Shown: positions 11,851-24,052 of the stretch, piece after piece
How the letters are laid out: each line of letters opens with the position of its first letter
How positions within the stretch are numbered: position 1 is the stretch's first letter
From: Octopus bimaculoides
Lineage: Eukaryota
Length of the DNA stretch: 35,353 nt
Assembly: GCF_001194135.2 (NCBI RefSeq)
Contig: NC_068983.1
Span: 32,086,669 to 32,122,021, forward strand
Direction of reading: 5' to 3'
Program-made: the position numbers and the translations under genes
The notes under the pieces: model-generated
The model's database searches: none
Told to the model about the DNA's origin: nothing
What the model saw: the letters and a program-made list of their open reading frames with translations, nothing else

Positions 11851-12485
11851 AATTCTCCTATATATACATATATATGTATATATATGAAAAATTATTAGTT
11901 ACAGAATAAAAGCATTACATCTGGGTCAACAACTCAACATACAACAGTCCCCTCAATAAATGATCATATATAAAGAAATACATCAAAGTCCACAAATACT
12001 TAAGAAAATATATATAAAATAAAATATAACATAAAATACACAATATAAAAATTTATATATATAGATATATATATATACATTTTTTTCTACTAATAACATA
12101 CAAATAAATCAAATTTGAGTTTAAAATATAACAGAATATATATATATATGTATCTTTTTATAAAAATTTTAATTCGAATAAAATTAAGTGATTAAAAATT
12201 CAAAATAGACAAATAAAGCAAAATAGAATAAGATAAAATGAAGTAAAATAAAATAATATAATAGTTCATTGGCTAAAATACTATATCTGATGACAAAGCT
12301 TTAAAATGACAAAAAACTTTAAAATAATTTAACATCATTTAAAGTTATATTAGAAGGTCCAGTACTTCCCTCGGGTACACGTAATAACAGCAGACTTCCA
12401 TAGGTAAAATCCGTCTCTGCTCACCAAAGTTACAAAAGTTCATAAAAAACGCTGGTCAAAAACAAAGGTCAAAACCACACACAAG

Positions 12486-12567
12486 CACCTATGGCCATTT
12501 CAAGAGTTCACCACCATAGTCCGTATATGTCATAGTGCAATCCAGTGATGACCCCCTCATCAGGGTA
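12486..12567 (-). ncRNA. Type I hammerhead ribozyme motif in the PLE 3' region
   Basis: Minus strand: TACC-CTGATGA-GGGGGTCATCACTG-[26 nt]-TGGTGGTGAACTCTT-GAA-ATGGCCAT-A-GGTG. The core CUGAUGA/GAAA is intact. Helix I is UACC/GGUG, helix II has 14 pairs with one bulge, and helix III is palindromic. Confidence 0.78.
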
Positions 12568-12633
12568 ACAATTACGAACAAACATCAAGACATGCAAAAG
12601 GAATTATTTTTTTTATATAACAGGCTTATATAG

Positions 12634-14720
12634 TCAAGAGGATGCAAGAGTTGTGGAGTTGCAATACTTTTCATTTGAGAATGAACTCAAATGTGCTCTA
12701 TATCTTGCTTTAAAATCTACCGTACTTCCTATATAGAACTTATTTGAATTGACCTCATCCCTAACAATGCATTTATATACTATATTTGTGCTCAGACAGA
12801 ACCCGTCAACAGGACATAATTGAGGGTTCCTACAATTACAAAATTTATCTGGGCCACCCCTAATCTTATTTCGATTACCTGCAATAGTCCTTGTTAGGTT
12901 TCCTACATCCGCATTTTCACTTCTCCCATTACCAGGGTTCGATATAAGAGGGAGCGAAGAGCTGGTCTCACTAGTCTTGTATGTATTATACCCAATCTTC
13001 TCAGGGCCGTTCGCATTGCTCCAATTTATTTAATTTGCTTCTATTTAGAGACATAATAATAGATGCCAAATTTGGCATTCCAGAATAGGAAAATTTGATC
13101 GAAGATTTATTGAAAATACTATAGTATTTGTGACCGTTAGGGAAGTTATTCTCCAGGATCCTAAAAAACATCCTGGGTAAATTTCTTACTCTAAGAGAAA
13201 AGGGGGGGGGGGACCAAATTACTTCCTTTATTCTAGAACATGAACTCTTCATTTTATTTATCCCCACACTAGCACTATTCCGTTTCGCATACCTATTTAT
13301 TTTATCATTCCCAGAACCGCTTTTAAAAAAAGCTTATTATGGTTCCTACCAAAAAATGCATTGCATTTTCTCCGATTAACCATGGCATAGTCAGGTGGTA
13401 GACCTGCCATCTTGTTTTTAAATCTCGTATTAGGCAGATATGAGATTTTGGTTTTAAATCTGCTTTTCAAGGGCGTTGTTATATATCGGCGCATGCTGAT
13501 TGAAAATCTCTTCATTTGCGGACAAATTGGAGATTCTGATTGAAATAGCAGTAATGATACTGTCTATAGTGGACTTCGGGTGATTAGATGATACATTTAT
13601 ATATGATATTGATTTGTTAGGTTTACGAAATGGATAGTATAAACCCATATCCAAACAGTGTAACATCTAGGAAATTCACTTTTCTGGAATTAACATAAAA
13701 AATAATGTTGAGGTTGAAGAAATCCTTAAGGAAACTTCTCAGGGACTTCCTCAATCTATTTAATTCAGTTTTAGACTTGCCTCGTACAGCTAATAGCACA
13801 TCATCCCTATATAGTCCTCCGGTGAAATGGGGAAAACTAGCCTTAATCTGTGAAAGGTGGTATAGCCCCACCAGGGCTGTCACCTGTGCAGAATCAGAGG
13901 ACCCCATGGTTATATCAAAGAAATTTGTGGAATCCACCCTCTGCCACTCACTCTCATTGTAGGAGATGAGGGTCTCCCTAGCCGCTAAAATAATATCAAT
14001 ATCTGCGCTCGGTATATCCACAAACCTGCTGGCGAAAATTAAAGCCTTGTTCAATAATATGGGGGATATGGAGTTATAATAATTCGAAATATCGAATTGT
14101 ATGAAGTCAAAGATAATTTTATCCATAAGGGAATTAAACCACAGGATGACATCACCCGTAAACTTCCATAACGGAAGTTGAACTTTATCCCTTACTACGG
14201 GAATGATGTGGTCAATTACAAACTTGCTGATCCGACCCAAATCAGATTTGGTCGGACATAGCAGTCTAATCGAAGGGTTTGACAAAAAATCTGGCTTGTG
14301 GTCCTTCAAAAGTGCATGGGAGGTTTTTGGAACATTAGGCTGGGTTCTATCCAACAGATCCAAGCCAGAGATGATCTCCAAGTGAGTTTCATTAATACTA
14401 TCCACAGCATTTTTGTTAGCATGCTTATATCCAGAGTTTAACTCCTTGAATATTAATTTATTATAAAGCCCCGGTGGTACGGAATAGATATTTCCAGTTT
14501 TATCAGACAAGATGTGTAAATTCGGAGATGACCTCATCTCAGATATTTTATCCGATAAAAGTTTCTGGAAGGGATTTGTGCATTTTGAGAACTTCAACTG
14601 TTTAATCAGTTTCATCAAGTCACGCTCAAAATTAGCAATAGCAGGGTTGGATGGTGGGTTTCTATAGGTTCTGAGGTTATAAACGTTTCTTCTGGCTTCA
14701 ACACACCAAAATGAGGACAT
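12634..14720 (-). pseudogene. Disrupted PLE RT/GIY-YIG polyprotein
   Basis: RT: QFDISNYYNS, FDITMGSSDSAQV, GLYRDDVL, VNFLDVT. Thumb: YINVSSNHP, IWSPPPFS, FSYSGMPN. Linker and endonuclease (hand-translated from 12900 to 12634): CNCRNPQLCPVDGFCLSTNIVYKC...KFYIGSTVDFKARYRAH...NSTTL. There are at least 3 frameshifts and in-frame stops. Confidence 0.9.
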
Positions 14721-14854
14721 TTTAAATATAACCCCAAATAGAATTCATACAACTGTATGCATGTTCTCTCTCAGGAGGATGTCTCATGTATAGTTTTGTG
14801 AATTATGTTTTCTATGATGGTCACCCAGAAGATTTGCAGATATTTATGTATATA

Positions 14855-14901
<47 letters not shown>

Positions 14902-14908
14902 ATATATA

Positions 14909-15277
14909 GACACGGTCATGGCTGTGTGCTAAGAAACTTGTTTCCCAACCACATGGTGCCAGGTTCAGTCCCACTGCATGCCACCTTGGGCAAGTATCCT
15001 CTACTATAGCCATGGGCCGACCAAAGTGGATTTGGTTGACAGAAACTGAAAGTCAATCCTACTTATATATACATATATATATATGTGTGTGTGTATATGT
15101 ATATATCTATGTGTGTATTTGTGTTGGTATGCTTTCATCCCCGTAAGTAAGCAGTTAAGCAGAAGAAATCTATAGGATAAGCACCAGCTTACAAAGAATA
15201 ACTTCAGGGGTTGATTTCTTCAACTAAAAGTTGGTGATCCGGTATGGCCACCCTCAAATGACTGAAATGAGTAAAAG
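14909..15277 (+). mobile_element. tRNA-derived SINE copy with an internal microsatellite
   Basis: Head TGGCTGTGTGCTAAGAAACTTG...GGTTCAGTCCCACTG and tail CAAATGACTGAAATGAGTAAAAG, homologous to 27082-27443. Confidence 0.85.
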
Positions 15278-15384
15278 TGGAATATATATATATATGTGTG
15301 TATATATATATGCATATATATATATATATATATATACATGTGTGTATATATATGCATATATATATATATTTATATGTATATATA

Positions 15385-15796
15385 GGCAAGGTCGTGGCTG
15401 TGTGTTAAGAAACTTGCTTTCCAACCACATGGTGCCTGATTCAGTCCCACTGCATGCCCCGTTGGGCAAGTATCCTTTACTATAGCCATGGGCCGACCAA
15501 AGTGGATTTGGTTGACGGAAACTGAAAGTCAGTCCTATTTATATATATATGTATACGGAAGCTGAAAGAAGCCTGTCGTATATTTGTGTGTGTGTGTGTG
15601 TGTCTATGTTTGTACCCCCAGCATTGCTGAACAACCGATGTCACTGTGTTTATGTTCCCTTAACTTAGCGCCTCGGCAAAAGATACTGATAGAATAAGTA
15701 CTTGGTTTACAAAGAATAAATCCTGGGCTCAATTTGTTCAACTAAAGGCAGTGCTCCAGCATGGCCATAGTCACATGACTGAAACAAGTAAAAAAA
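15385..15796 (+). mobile_element. Second head-to-tail copy of the same SINE family
   Basis: Same head, body CTTAGCG...GATAGAATAAGTACT and tail GACTGAAACAAGTAAAA. Confidence 0.85.
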
Positions 15797-15814
15797 TTAA
15801 AAACTATGCCATTT

Positions 15815-15845
15815 TAATCCCAAGCAATGCAGGTATCTCTGCTAG
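15815..15845 (+). mobile_element. Isolated Helitron-like 3' terminus
   Basis: CCCAAGCAATGCAGGTATCTCTG-CTAG|T: a decayed subterminal hairpin, then CTAG followed by T. Confidence 0.4.
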
Positions 15846-15949
15846 TTAGATACTGAAGTTAAGTTGATGAACTTTGTCCCACACTCCTACAGATTTGTAG
15901 CAAGTTCTAGTAATTTACTACAGTTGATTCAATTATTTTGTTTGTTTCT

Positions 15950-16500
15950 ACAATGAATGTCAGTTTTGAACACATGTAAGTGGTCATTGATATGGGATTT
16001 GGTAAACACTGTAGAGTATATATTAGCTTGACTCTCTTTTAATAATAAGTTAGCAAAGTGAGGGGCATCAGTACCCATGACTTTTGCAGTCTTTTCTTTC
16101 TAACTAGTACATTCAGTGTAATCAATGTTTAGCTCAAACATTTGTAGACTGATGTATGCATAGAAAGTGTGAGCATGAGATCTAATGCATATTCTATGAA
16201 CCACAGTAGGTATGAATGTGCTGGATGGCTTTAAGTTAATGAGGTATGCAACTGGCTAATTTAGAGAAGTAATGGCTATTGATATAGGTAAAGAGGTGGA
16301 GAGAAGAAACAGCATCTTTGATCCCCTGATTGTAGTGTATTGGTGTGTTATATTGTCTGTTAGTCAAATGGTATTCTTGTAGATAGTGAAAATGAGATGA
16401 TTGCGTGTGTATGTAACAAAACAGTTCAACTCCAGATATGTGAGCAGTCTTCCATTGTAGCTCTTATTTAATCTTTGCATAGTGTCAGCAACAGATCAGA
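15950..16500 (-). mobile_element. Very decayed PLE RT remnant
   Basis: Hand translation gives collinear motif remnants: GR...SGVN, CIPH*LKAIQH, VMGTDAPHFAN (cf. AMGT.AP.YAN) and HINDH (cf. YIDD). There are many stops and frameshifts. Confidence 0.45.
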
Positions 16501-16935
16501 ACTGAAATACGTTCAGTCAACGCAGAAATTTAATCTTAGCAGTAGTCTTTTGACAATATTATATTTGTGAGGACACTAATGCAATAATGTGAAGTATGTG
16601 ATGTCATTAATGAAATATTCTGATGTTAGGTCATTTATGAAATACTATTGGTGATTCTAAGTCCTAGCATTTATTGTGACACTGAAGTGGGGTTCTTTTT
16701 GTTTGTTTGTTTGTTTTTTATGTATAGAAAGGATATAGTGCAAGATTATTTTAATTTTATTAAGTTTTGTTCCATCAAATCAATGCCACTAATTTGTGGA
16801 AGTTGATTCAATGAACTCTTCTTTACAAAGATTAATCTTGCATGTAGTAAAAACAAAATCAAGTATCTCTGTCACTTAGTAGCTCATTCACATTGAAATC
16901 TTCTTTTCAATATCTTCTTAATTGCATCAAGAAAA

Positions 16936-17203
16936 AAATGGTTACAGTGTGTTATCTGAAATTTGTTGTAGCTATAGGAAGGCTTGGAGGAAAACTAACT
17001 GCCATAATTGCCAGCAGTGTGGCACAAGTATATCTTGCAGTCCAGATTTTGGTGATGTAACAGTGTTAATAATGATAATAATAATGACTTCCTGTATTTG
17101 CACAATTCCACAGCTTTGCAGAAGAGTGGTGTATTTGACTGAATCTTATTTGGTTTAGCCTAAATATTTGAAATGGTTGCAGTGTGTTATCTGAAATTTG
17201 TTG
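16936..17203 (+). repeat. 33-bp direct repeat pair 235 bp apart (16936-16968 and 17171-17203)
   Basis: AAATGGTT(A/G)CAGTGTGTTATCTGAAATTTGTTG, 32/33 identical. Confidence 0.85.
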
Positions 17204-17332
17204 CTGGTGAGATTTAGAAGAAGAATTGCGGAGGGATTGGAAGTCGCTCAATCTAGTGCACCAGTGCCTCCACTTGCCTAATAATAGTAATGATAATAAT
17301 AATAATAATGATGATGATGATGGTAATGATAA

Positions 17333-18492
17333 TACAGTCCAACAAAAAAAAATTTTCTTTGTCTGTTGTCAAAAAAACATTGTACCTGAACTAGGGGTTT
17401 TTTGGCACATACCATCCAATAATAACATTACCATCACATCAAAATTTTAAGATACTAAATCCATAGAATTTCATTGCTTTTTTTTTCTTTTCTTTTTTTT
17501 TGCAATAGCACACCTCTGAGGAACAAGTCATAACATACATAAAAATTGTTTTTTTCTTCAAAACTAAATTGTTTTCTTAAAATTCTACTGCAAAGCTAAT
17601 AAAAATTTAAAAATTTCTACTGACAAATTATATCATTGTTTATGCCTAATTTCCCATGAATTTGCATTTGGATGATTTTCTTGGGTGTCCAACCTCGAGA
17701 AGATTGCAAGCCAAGTTCCAACAATAGTCCATCATATGCAAGCCCCATCTGCATTGATGCATTTGTTTTATTGGTTTTATGTCCTGATGGAAGTGTTCTT
17801 CTTGTTTGTCACTTGTTTTCTCAAAAATTTTCAGGGAATTTATCAAGGTGATTGTGGAGATAGTGCAACTTTATGCTCATATTTGCACCAAACTTTTGAG
17901 AGTTTTTCAGCATGTTCTTGACTATTTTGGCATAGTTAGCTGGTTTCTTGTTACCCAGAGAGTCATTTACAACTACTACAAGTGAATGCCATGCTGCTGC
18001 TTCAATGCAAATCATTGAATTGACAAAGGTCTTATCTTTCATCAATTTTCTGATTTGAAGTCCATCAAATTCTCTAGCTTTCTCTTTTCAGTGCTCAGAC
18101 CAAGAAATGTACTGTAGATATAGTGAAAGTATGGTTCATCTTTATCCAGAATCTTAACAAACTGCTTCATAATGCCAAGTTTGATATGGAGGTAGGATAA
18201 TTTTTCCCAGTTGAACTAAAAGCTCTTCAACCCTATTAAAGACCCTGTGGCCATTCTTTGGTCACCCAATGTTTTTCCCTGGTTCTGCTGTCACATGCAT
18301 AAAAACACTTGGATATTTCACAGGTAAACAATGCATGTTTTGAAAAAAGGAAAATTATGAAAATTGGTGGGTTTGGATATCTCAAAATTTAGAAATGATG
18401 GTAAAAAATGGATTCCAATTTTGTATTCAGCATATCAAAAACCTTCAAAGTGGATAAAGATGTCCTCACAACAAAATATTTGTTGGTTTGTG
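17333..18492 (-). mobile_element. Internally deleted Chapaev3-type (CMC) DNA transposon with both termini and a TAA target-site duplication
   Basis: Termini TACAGTCCAACAAA and reverse-complement CACAAACCAACAAA, with weaker similarity extending ~130 bp. TAA at 17330-17332 and 18493-18495. Transposase remnant: IKLGIMKQFVK, QIRKLMKD, MSIKLHYLHNHLDKFPEN, HFHQDIK, MMDYCW. Confidence 0.82.
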
Positions 18493-19321
18493 TAACTGTC
18501 TCTCAAGAAAGCCATTTTCTCTCTATATTATATTCAGAGAAAAGCAATCAGTGAATCATGTTTTCTGGGCTGACAAAAAAATATTTATTACTTAGTCCAG
18601 TCATTTGGTGCCTTTTACAATTTATGACTTTCAAAAGAAAAAAAAATCAACTTAAATTTTGTCCCTGGGTCATTTTTACAATATAATCAAGAATGTGGAT
18701 TTTGTCTTTTTTTTTCCTTTTTCAACTAAAGTCAGCATTGGTGATGATTGGAATAAATTTGGAATTATCATTAAGAAATTTAGGTTTGAATCAAAACCTG
18801 TTTTTAAAAAAACACTAAATATGAAACCAATAAAAAAATTTATTGGTTCAAAAAAGTATATTGTTTTTTTATTAAATATATGTACTTACTTGAAACTTAT
18901 TTAAGTACAGTAAAAAGTATGTTTCTATTTTCCTATTTACAAAGCATGACTGACAGTAAATTTTCTGGTGTTTGGCTACATTGTTCATTCATGTCAGTGT
19001 TTGCAAGCTTGATTTGGCAACAGTTTGGAGTTACAGTTTAGGTTTCTGTTCTACAGTAAGTTTAAATGTTTTCATCATCATCATCATCATCATCGTCGTT
19101 TAACGTCCACTTTCCATGCTATAAGCTTACAAAATATGTTTTATATACTTGAATATATTTTGAGTATGCAAATACACACAAACACACACATTCATACATA
19201 TACAGATACACTATATATATATATATATATATATATAAACACATACATACATACATATATATAGTGTATATATACATACATACATACATATATATATATA
19301 TAGTGTATATATACACACATT

Positions 19322-19526
19322 AAGCGTGGTCGATGCCAGTGCCACCTGATTGGCCCCTGTGCCAGTGGCACGTAAAAGGCACCATCTACACTCTTGGAGT
19401 GGTTGGCATCGGGAAGGGCATCCAGCTGTAGAAACCTGCCAGATTAGATTGAAGCCTGGTGCAGCCTCCGCAGTCAAACTGTCCAACCCATGCCAGCATG
19501 GAAAGCAGACATTAAAGATGATGATG
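19322..19526 (+). mobile_element. RTE 3' tail with a single repeat unit
   Basis: Same tail sequence as 1780-2003, ending in (GAT)n. Confidence 0.85.
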
Positions 19527-20249
19527 GTATACACACACACACACATAAACATATATAGATATATTTATGCATAAACATACAAATATATAGATATAGGTAT
19601 ATTTATATAATCTGAACTAATTATTTATCTTGTTTCAGTTCATATATCATTTTTGAAAGACTTCATGCTCCATTTTCAGATTTTATTTTTCCTTTCAATT
19701 TCATGTAAAGAAAGCATATATACAATTTGCAACTACAACTTGAAAAAATAAAAAGAGATAAAAGCTGAAAATAAACTTACATTAAAAGTTCTTTCCTTGG
19801 TCTTTAAGAAAGCATATTTATTATTTGTTATAAGAAACTTTCCTATCCTAAACTGGCTCTATAAAATAATGTGTCTAAAACTAAAAGCATTTACTGTAAC
19901 ACTCTTACATAATTAATCACTATTGTTTTATCTTCAATTTGGAATATAGATTGATTCTTTTATGTGGATTTTAAAAAAAATACAGTGGAATCTATTATTT
20001 CTTTTTGAAATCTAATTGGATGATCTCAAGCATTTGTTGAAAACCCCATTCAAAAATAGATTAATAATCAAAAAAATAGAATCATTAATAATTAGAAAGC
20101 TATTGAAAATGATTTTTTTTAACATTATACCTCTATTTTTGTATTCTACTATGGGTGGGATTTTGTTTGTTTTATGTTTTTGCGAATTTGGATATTTGCA
20201 TATGAATTATTAGAATAATGTATGGGTTTTAATGTTGGATAGCTGCTCG

Positions 20250-20900
20250 TTTTCATCTTAACTGAGAGATGCAAGCAGAATAATAGAATAATAATGTGCC
20301 TTGTCTAGGTGCAAAACAATTTTTGTAGCAAGGTTTTCAACTCAATGTGTTCCCTGCCCTTTATTTCTTAATATTTCTTTTCATTTTAACCTTTTTATTG
20401 CCACTTTCCAATGCAATCATGTATGGAGTTTGTTTCTTTGTTCTTCAAATTTAAATATCTGTGTATAATTTGGGATGTGATAATTTAAAGTTGGCAGACT
20501 GAAGCAAGAAGCATTGTCTTGGGTGTTAGAACATAATCTGTATTTGCAATAAGATGTTGTTGAGTTATTGGTAAGAAATATCATGACTTGATACTCTCAG
20601 TATAACAGTTATAATAACATTTATCTCAATGCTAAAAACTGTAATTATAACTCCATTTGTCCCAATACTCTTTGCATAACAATAATATAAAAACATTCAT
20701 TCTAACCTTGACAACTTCAACCATGCACACAATACACAAATGTAGTCTCAGATACATTATATCTGAAAACAAAATTGGGTGATCAGGGTTGCAAAGTTGA
20801 TCATAAATCTATTCAACATAGTTGCTCAAGCTGTCCAATATAACAGCCCAAATCTCTTTCAACAAACATTTCTACTATTTGTAAATTGAATGTCATTTCA
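20250..20900 (-). mobile_element. Possible ancient mariner transposase remnant
   Basis: Only QDNASC (cf. H/QDNA.H) and vague downstream similarity are legible. Confidence 0.3.
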
Positions 20901-21184
20901 GTTCTAAATCAAGGAACAAAATGCTTCTAGAATGAAGATAATATGCCTGTGCTAAGAAATACCAAATCAAATTGTTTTATTTGATCCTACCTCCCTGCCA
21001 AAAGTCTGCTCAAATGGAATTGACCAGTTCTATATAAAACAACAGCCATCATAACTTCATTAGAGTAATAACTACAACAATACAAGGTAGAAGAATGAAA
21101 ACAATATGCTTCCATTCTTCCTTAGTGTACTAAACAACATTTTATTGTAAACCTTTCTACGTTATTTTATTCTGGATGGTACAA

Positions 21185-21825
21185 TCAATAGAACATCAAA
21201 TTAAATATTTTCCAGTATTTAGTTACATCTCTTCTTGATTCAAATCCTGCTAAGTTCAATTTTGCTTTCATCTGATGGGGTTTGATAAAAAAAAAAATAC
21301 TGATCAGGTACTGAAGTTGGTAAAATTGGCTATACTTTCCTTGAAAATGTGTAGCCTTAGTGCCTAAGGTTGAATTCTTATTATCATGAAGAGGGAATTG
21401 GATTGCCAGAATCAGAGCATCTGACAAAATGCCTTGTAGCATTTGTTTCAGCTTTTTATCTTCATAATTCAAATACATCTAAGATCATCTTTACTTGTTA
21501 TCTCTTTGAGGTCAATAAAATAAAGTACCAGTCATGTACTGGGGTTGATATAATTGTTACATTTTTCTTAAATTTGTGGCTTATGCCAAAATGAGAAATT
21601 ATTATGAATTGGTTGAATCAATAGTGTGTCAGAAAAAAATACCTTGTAGTATTTCTTACAACTTATGTTCTGAGTTCAAATCCAGCCACCGTCAGTTTTG
21701 CCTTCTATCCTTTCAGGGTTGATAAAATAAAGTACCACTCAAGTACTGGGGTTGATGTAATCGAGTCCCCCCCTCCCCTCAAAAACTGCTGACTCTGTGC
21801 CAAAATTTGAAACCAATAACATAAA
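21185..21825 (+). mobile_element. Three head-to-tail copies of the Meta-like tRNA SINE (period ~210-220 bp)
   Basis: B-box-like GATTCAAATCC (~21237), AATTCAAATAC (~21467) and GAGTTCAAATCC (~21672), each followed by an ...ATAAAA...TAC core. Confidence 0.7.
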
Positions 21826-22714
21826 TATGAACCAAGTACTAGTTTTGATTATAATGACAACAACCTCCCTACAAGAAACGTGTAACCTTGTACCTGTCTT
21901 AGAAATCATCATTATAACTACCATTAGGCAGAGTTGATGGCAGAATAAATATATGCATTTGATTTTTAACTATTTTTTTTATACTGATGCATATTAAAAC
22001 TTACAGGTACTACCAAAATGTTTTTATTTTCATATTATGTTCTTCTGAACTGCTAATTTCTGGTGCTGAAAACTGTTGGTCATAGTCTTTTTTTTTTTCT
22101 TTCTTTCTTTGTTTCTTTCTTTCAGGGATGGGGAATTTTTCTCTCTTTTTTTTTTCTTCTTTCTTTATCATTTCATGCTAATCTTGTGTATGCAAAAGAT
22201 GTAAATACTATGTTATGTATATTTTGTTGAAAATTATGCAAAAATAAATTAATTAATCAAAACCATGTGTTAACCAAATTATTTTATATATATATATATC
22301 ATTAAGGGAATTAGTAATATAAGAGACATTAATATAAAACGTTCCTGAGTTATATTGATCATAAAGAAAACCAATCAGTTGATAGGTTAGAACATCTCAC
22401 CAACATACACCAACCCATAGCCTACATATGTTCTGTCTTTTCACTTTGCCTTTTCTACTACAACTACAATAACCATAGAGCAGAATGGGATTCAATATGG
22501 CTGACTGGACATTGAACCTGTTTTTGTGACTACTTTTTGGCACTAAGGATAAACACACATGCACACAGCAATATAAGCATATAGATAAAGAGAAACATTA
22601 CAATTTATTAATTGAACATGATTTGTGTAAGCACTTCCCCTTCTCATAGCGTAAATTTATACTCACATACCAGCAAAGAGACTGAGAGAGAAGGAAGGAG
22701 AGAATAAACACTGA

Positions 22715-23690
22715 AAATGTGCAGAAAACAGCCTCTGTCACATTCCAGGGAAAAAAACTACAAGTAGTTGATAGTTTCCATTACCTAGGTGACCAAGTCA
22801 GTAGCAGGGGTAGTTGCTCTGAGTGTAGCTGCTAGAATAAGAATAGCCTGGGCAAAGTTCAGAGAGCTCTTACCTCTGCTGGTGACAATGGGCTTCTCAC
22901 TCAGAGTAAAAGGTAGACTGTATGATGCATATGTGTGAACAGCCATGCTACATGGCAATAAAACATGGGCCGTGACTGCTGAAGACATGCGTAAGCTTGC
23001 AAGGAATAAAGCTAGTATGCTCTGCTGGATGTGTAATGTCAGTGTGCATACATGACAGAGTGTAAGCACCCTGAGAGAAAAGTTGGACATAAGAAGCATT
23101 GGATGTGTGCAAGAGAGACGACTGCGCTGGTATGGTCATGTGTTGCATATGGATGAGGACAGCTTTGTGGAAAAGTGTCACACCATAGCAGTAGAGGGAA
23201 CCTGTGGAAGAGGCAGACCCAAGAAGACCTGTGATGAAATGTTGAAGCACGATGAGATGTTGGGGCTCACTGAGGTGATGACAAGTGACCGAGACCTTTG
23301 GAGTTATGCTGTGCTTGAGAAGACCCGGTAAGCCAAGTGAGACTGTAATCATGGCCTATGCCAGTGCAGCATAACCAGCCCATTTAAGAGTACCCTTCAA
23401 TCATTGGCCAATAAACTGCACTTGCGAAGACCTGTTGAGGCAAGTGAAATCATTGTCATGGCCAATGCCAGTACTGCCTGATTGGCACATGTGCCGGTGG
23501 CATGTAAAAAGCAGCATTCAAGCATGGTCAATGCCAGTGCCACCTGACTGGCTCCTGTGCTGGTGATACGTAAAAAGCACCATCCAAGCATGGCCGATGC
23601 CAGTACCGCCTAACTGGCCCTCATGCTGGCTCACCAGCCCTCAGTCAACGTCCAACCCATGCCAGCATGGAAGGCGGACATTAAATGATG
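22715..23690 (+). mobile_element. 5'-truncated, decayed RTE LINE
   Basis: Reads VQERRLRWYGHVLHMDEDSFVEKC...GRGRPKKT, with stops and frameshifts upstream. The 3' UTR carries the 66-bp units and an internal deletion. Confidence 0.88.
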
Positions 23691-24052
23691 AATTGTAAAT
23701 TCCTACAGTAAAACATTTATCAAAGTAATGTTATAGCTGCAAGAACCTTATTCAAAGCTCTTCCAATTATAGTTTTACTTTAAGTTGAATAAGGTTCCAA
23801 AAACGTTATTCAAGTGAAGAGCCAAGTTTTCTTACATCAAACTCATAGCCATGTTAAATATCAATGACCATGTGACAAGCTGAATTACAAGATATCATCA
23901 ATTATGTAAACATATAAAACCTTCAATGTTACAAGGATAAGAATCTTATATCATTTTATATTACGTTTACATTCAAGGACTACCATTAGTTGCTAGTTTA
24001 TCCAATGTAGGTTATATTATAATTTAAGGAATTCTTGGCCAGGTTCATTCAT

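Larger units (their letters stand above)
12300..14745 (-). mobile_element. Penelope-like retroelement (Hydra-clade-like): RT, thumb, Cys linker, GIY-YIG and 3' pLTR region
   Basis: The domains are collinear on the minus strand across several frames, with a hammerhead fold downstream of the ORF. The outer boundaries are approximate. Confidence 0.88.

Noticed and set aside
12285-12330. Plus-strand CTGATGA as a possible second hammerhead
   Set aside because: No GAAA core half or helices follow. It is part of a short ATGACAAA..CTTTAAA tandem duplication.
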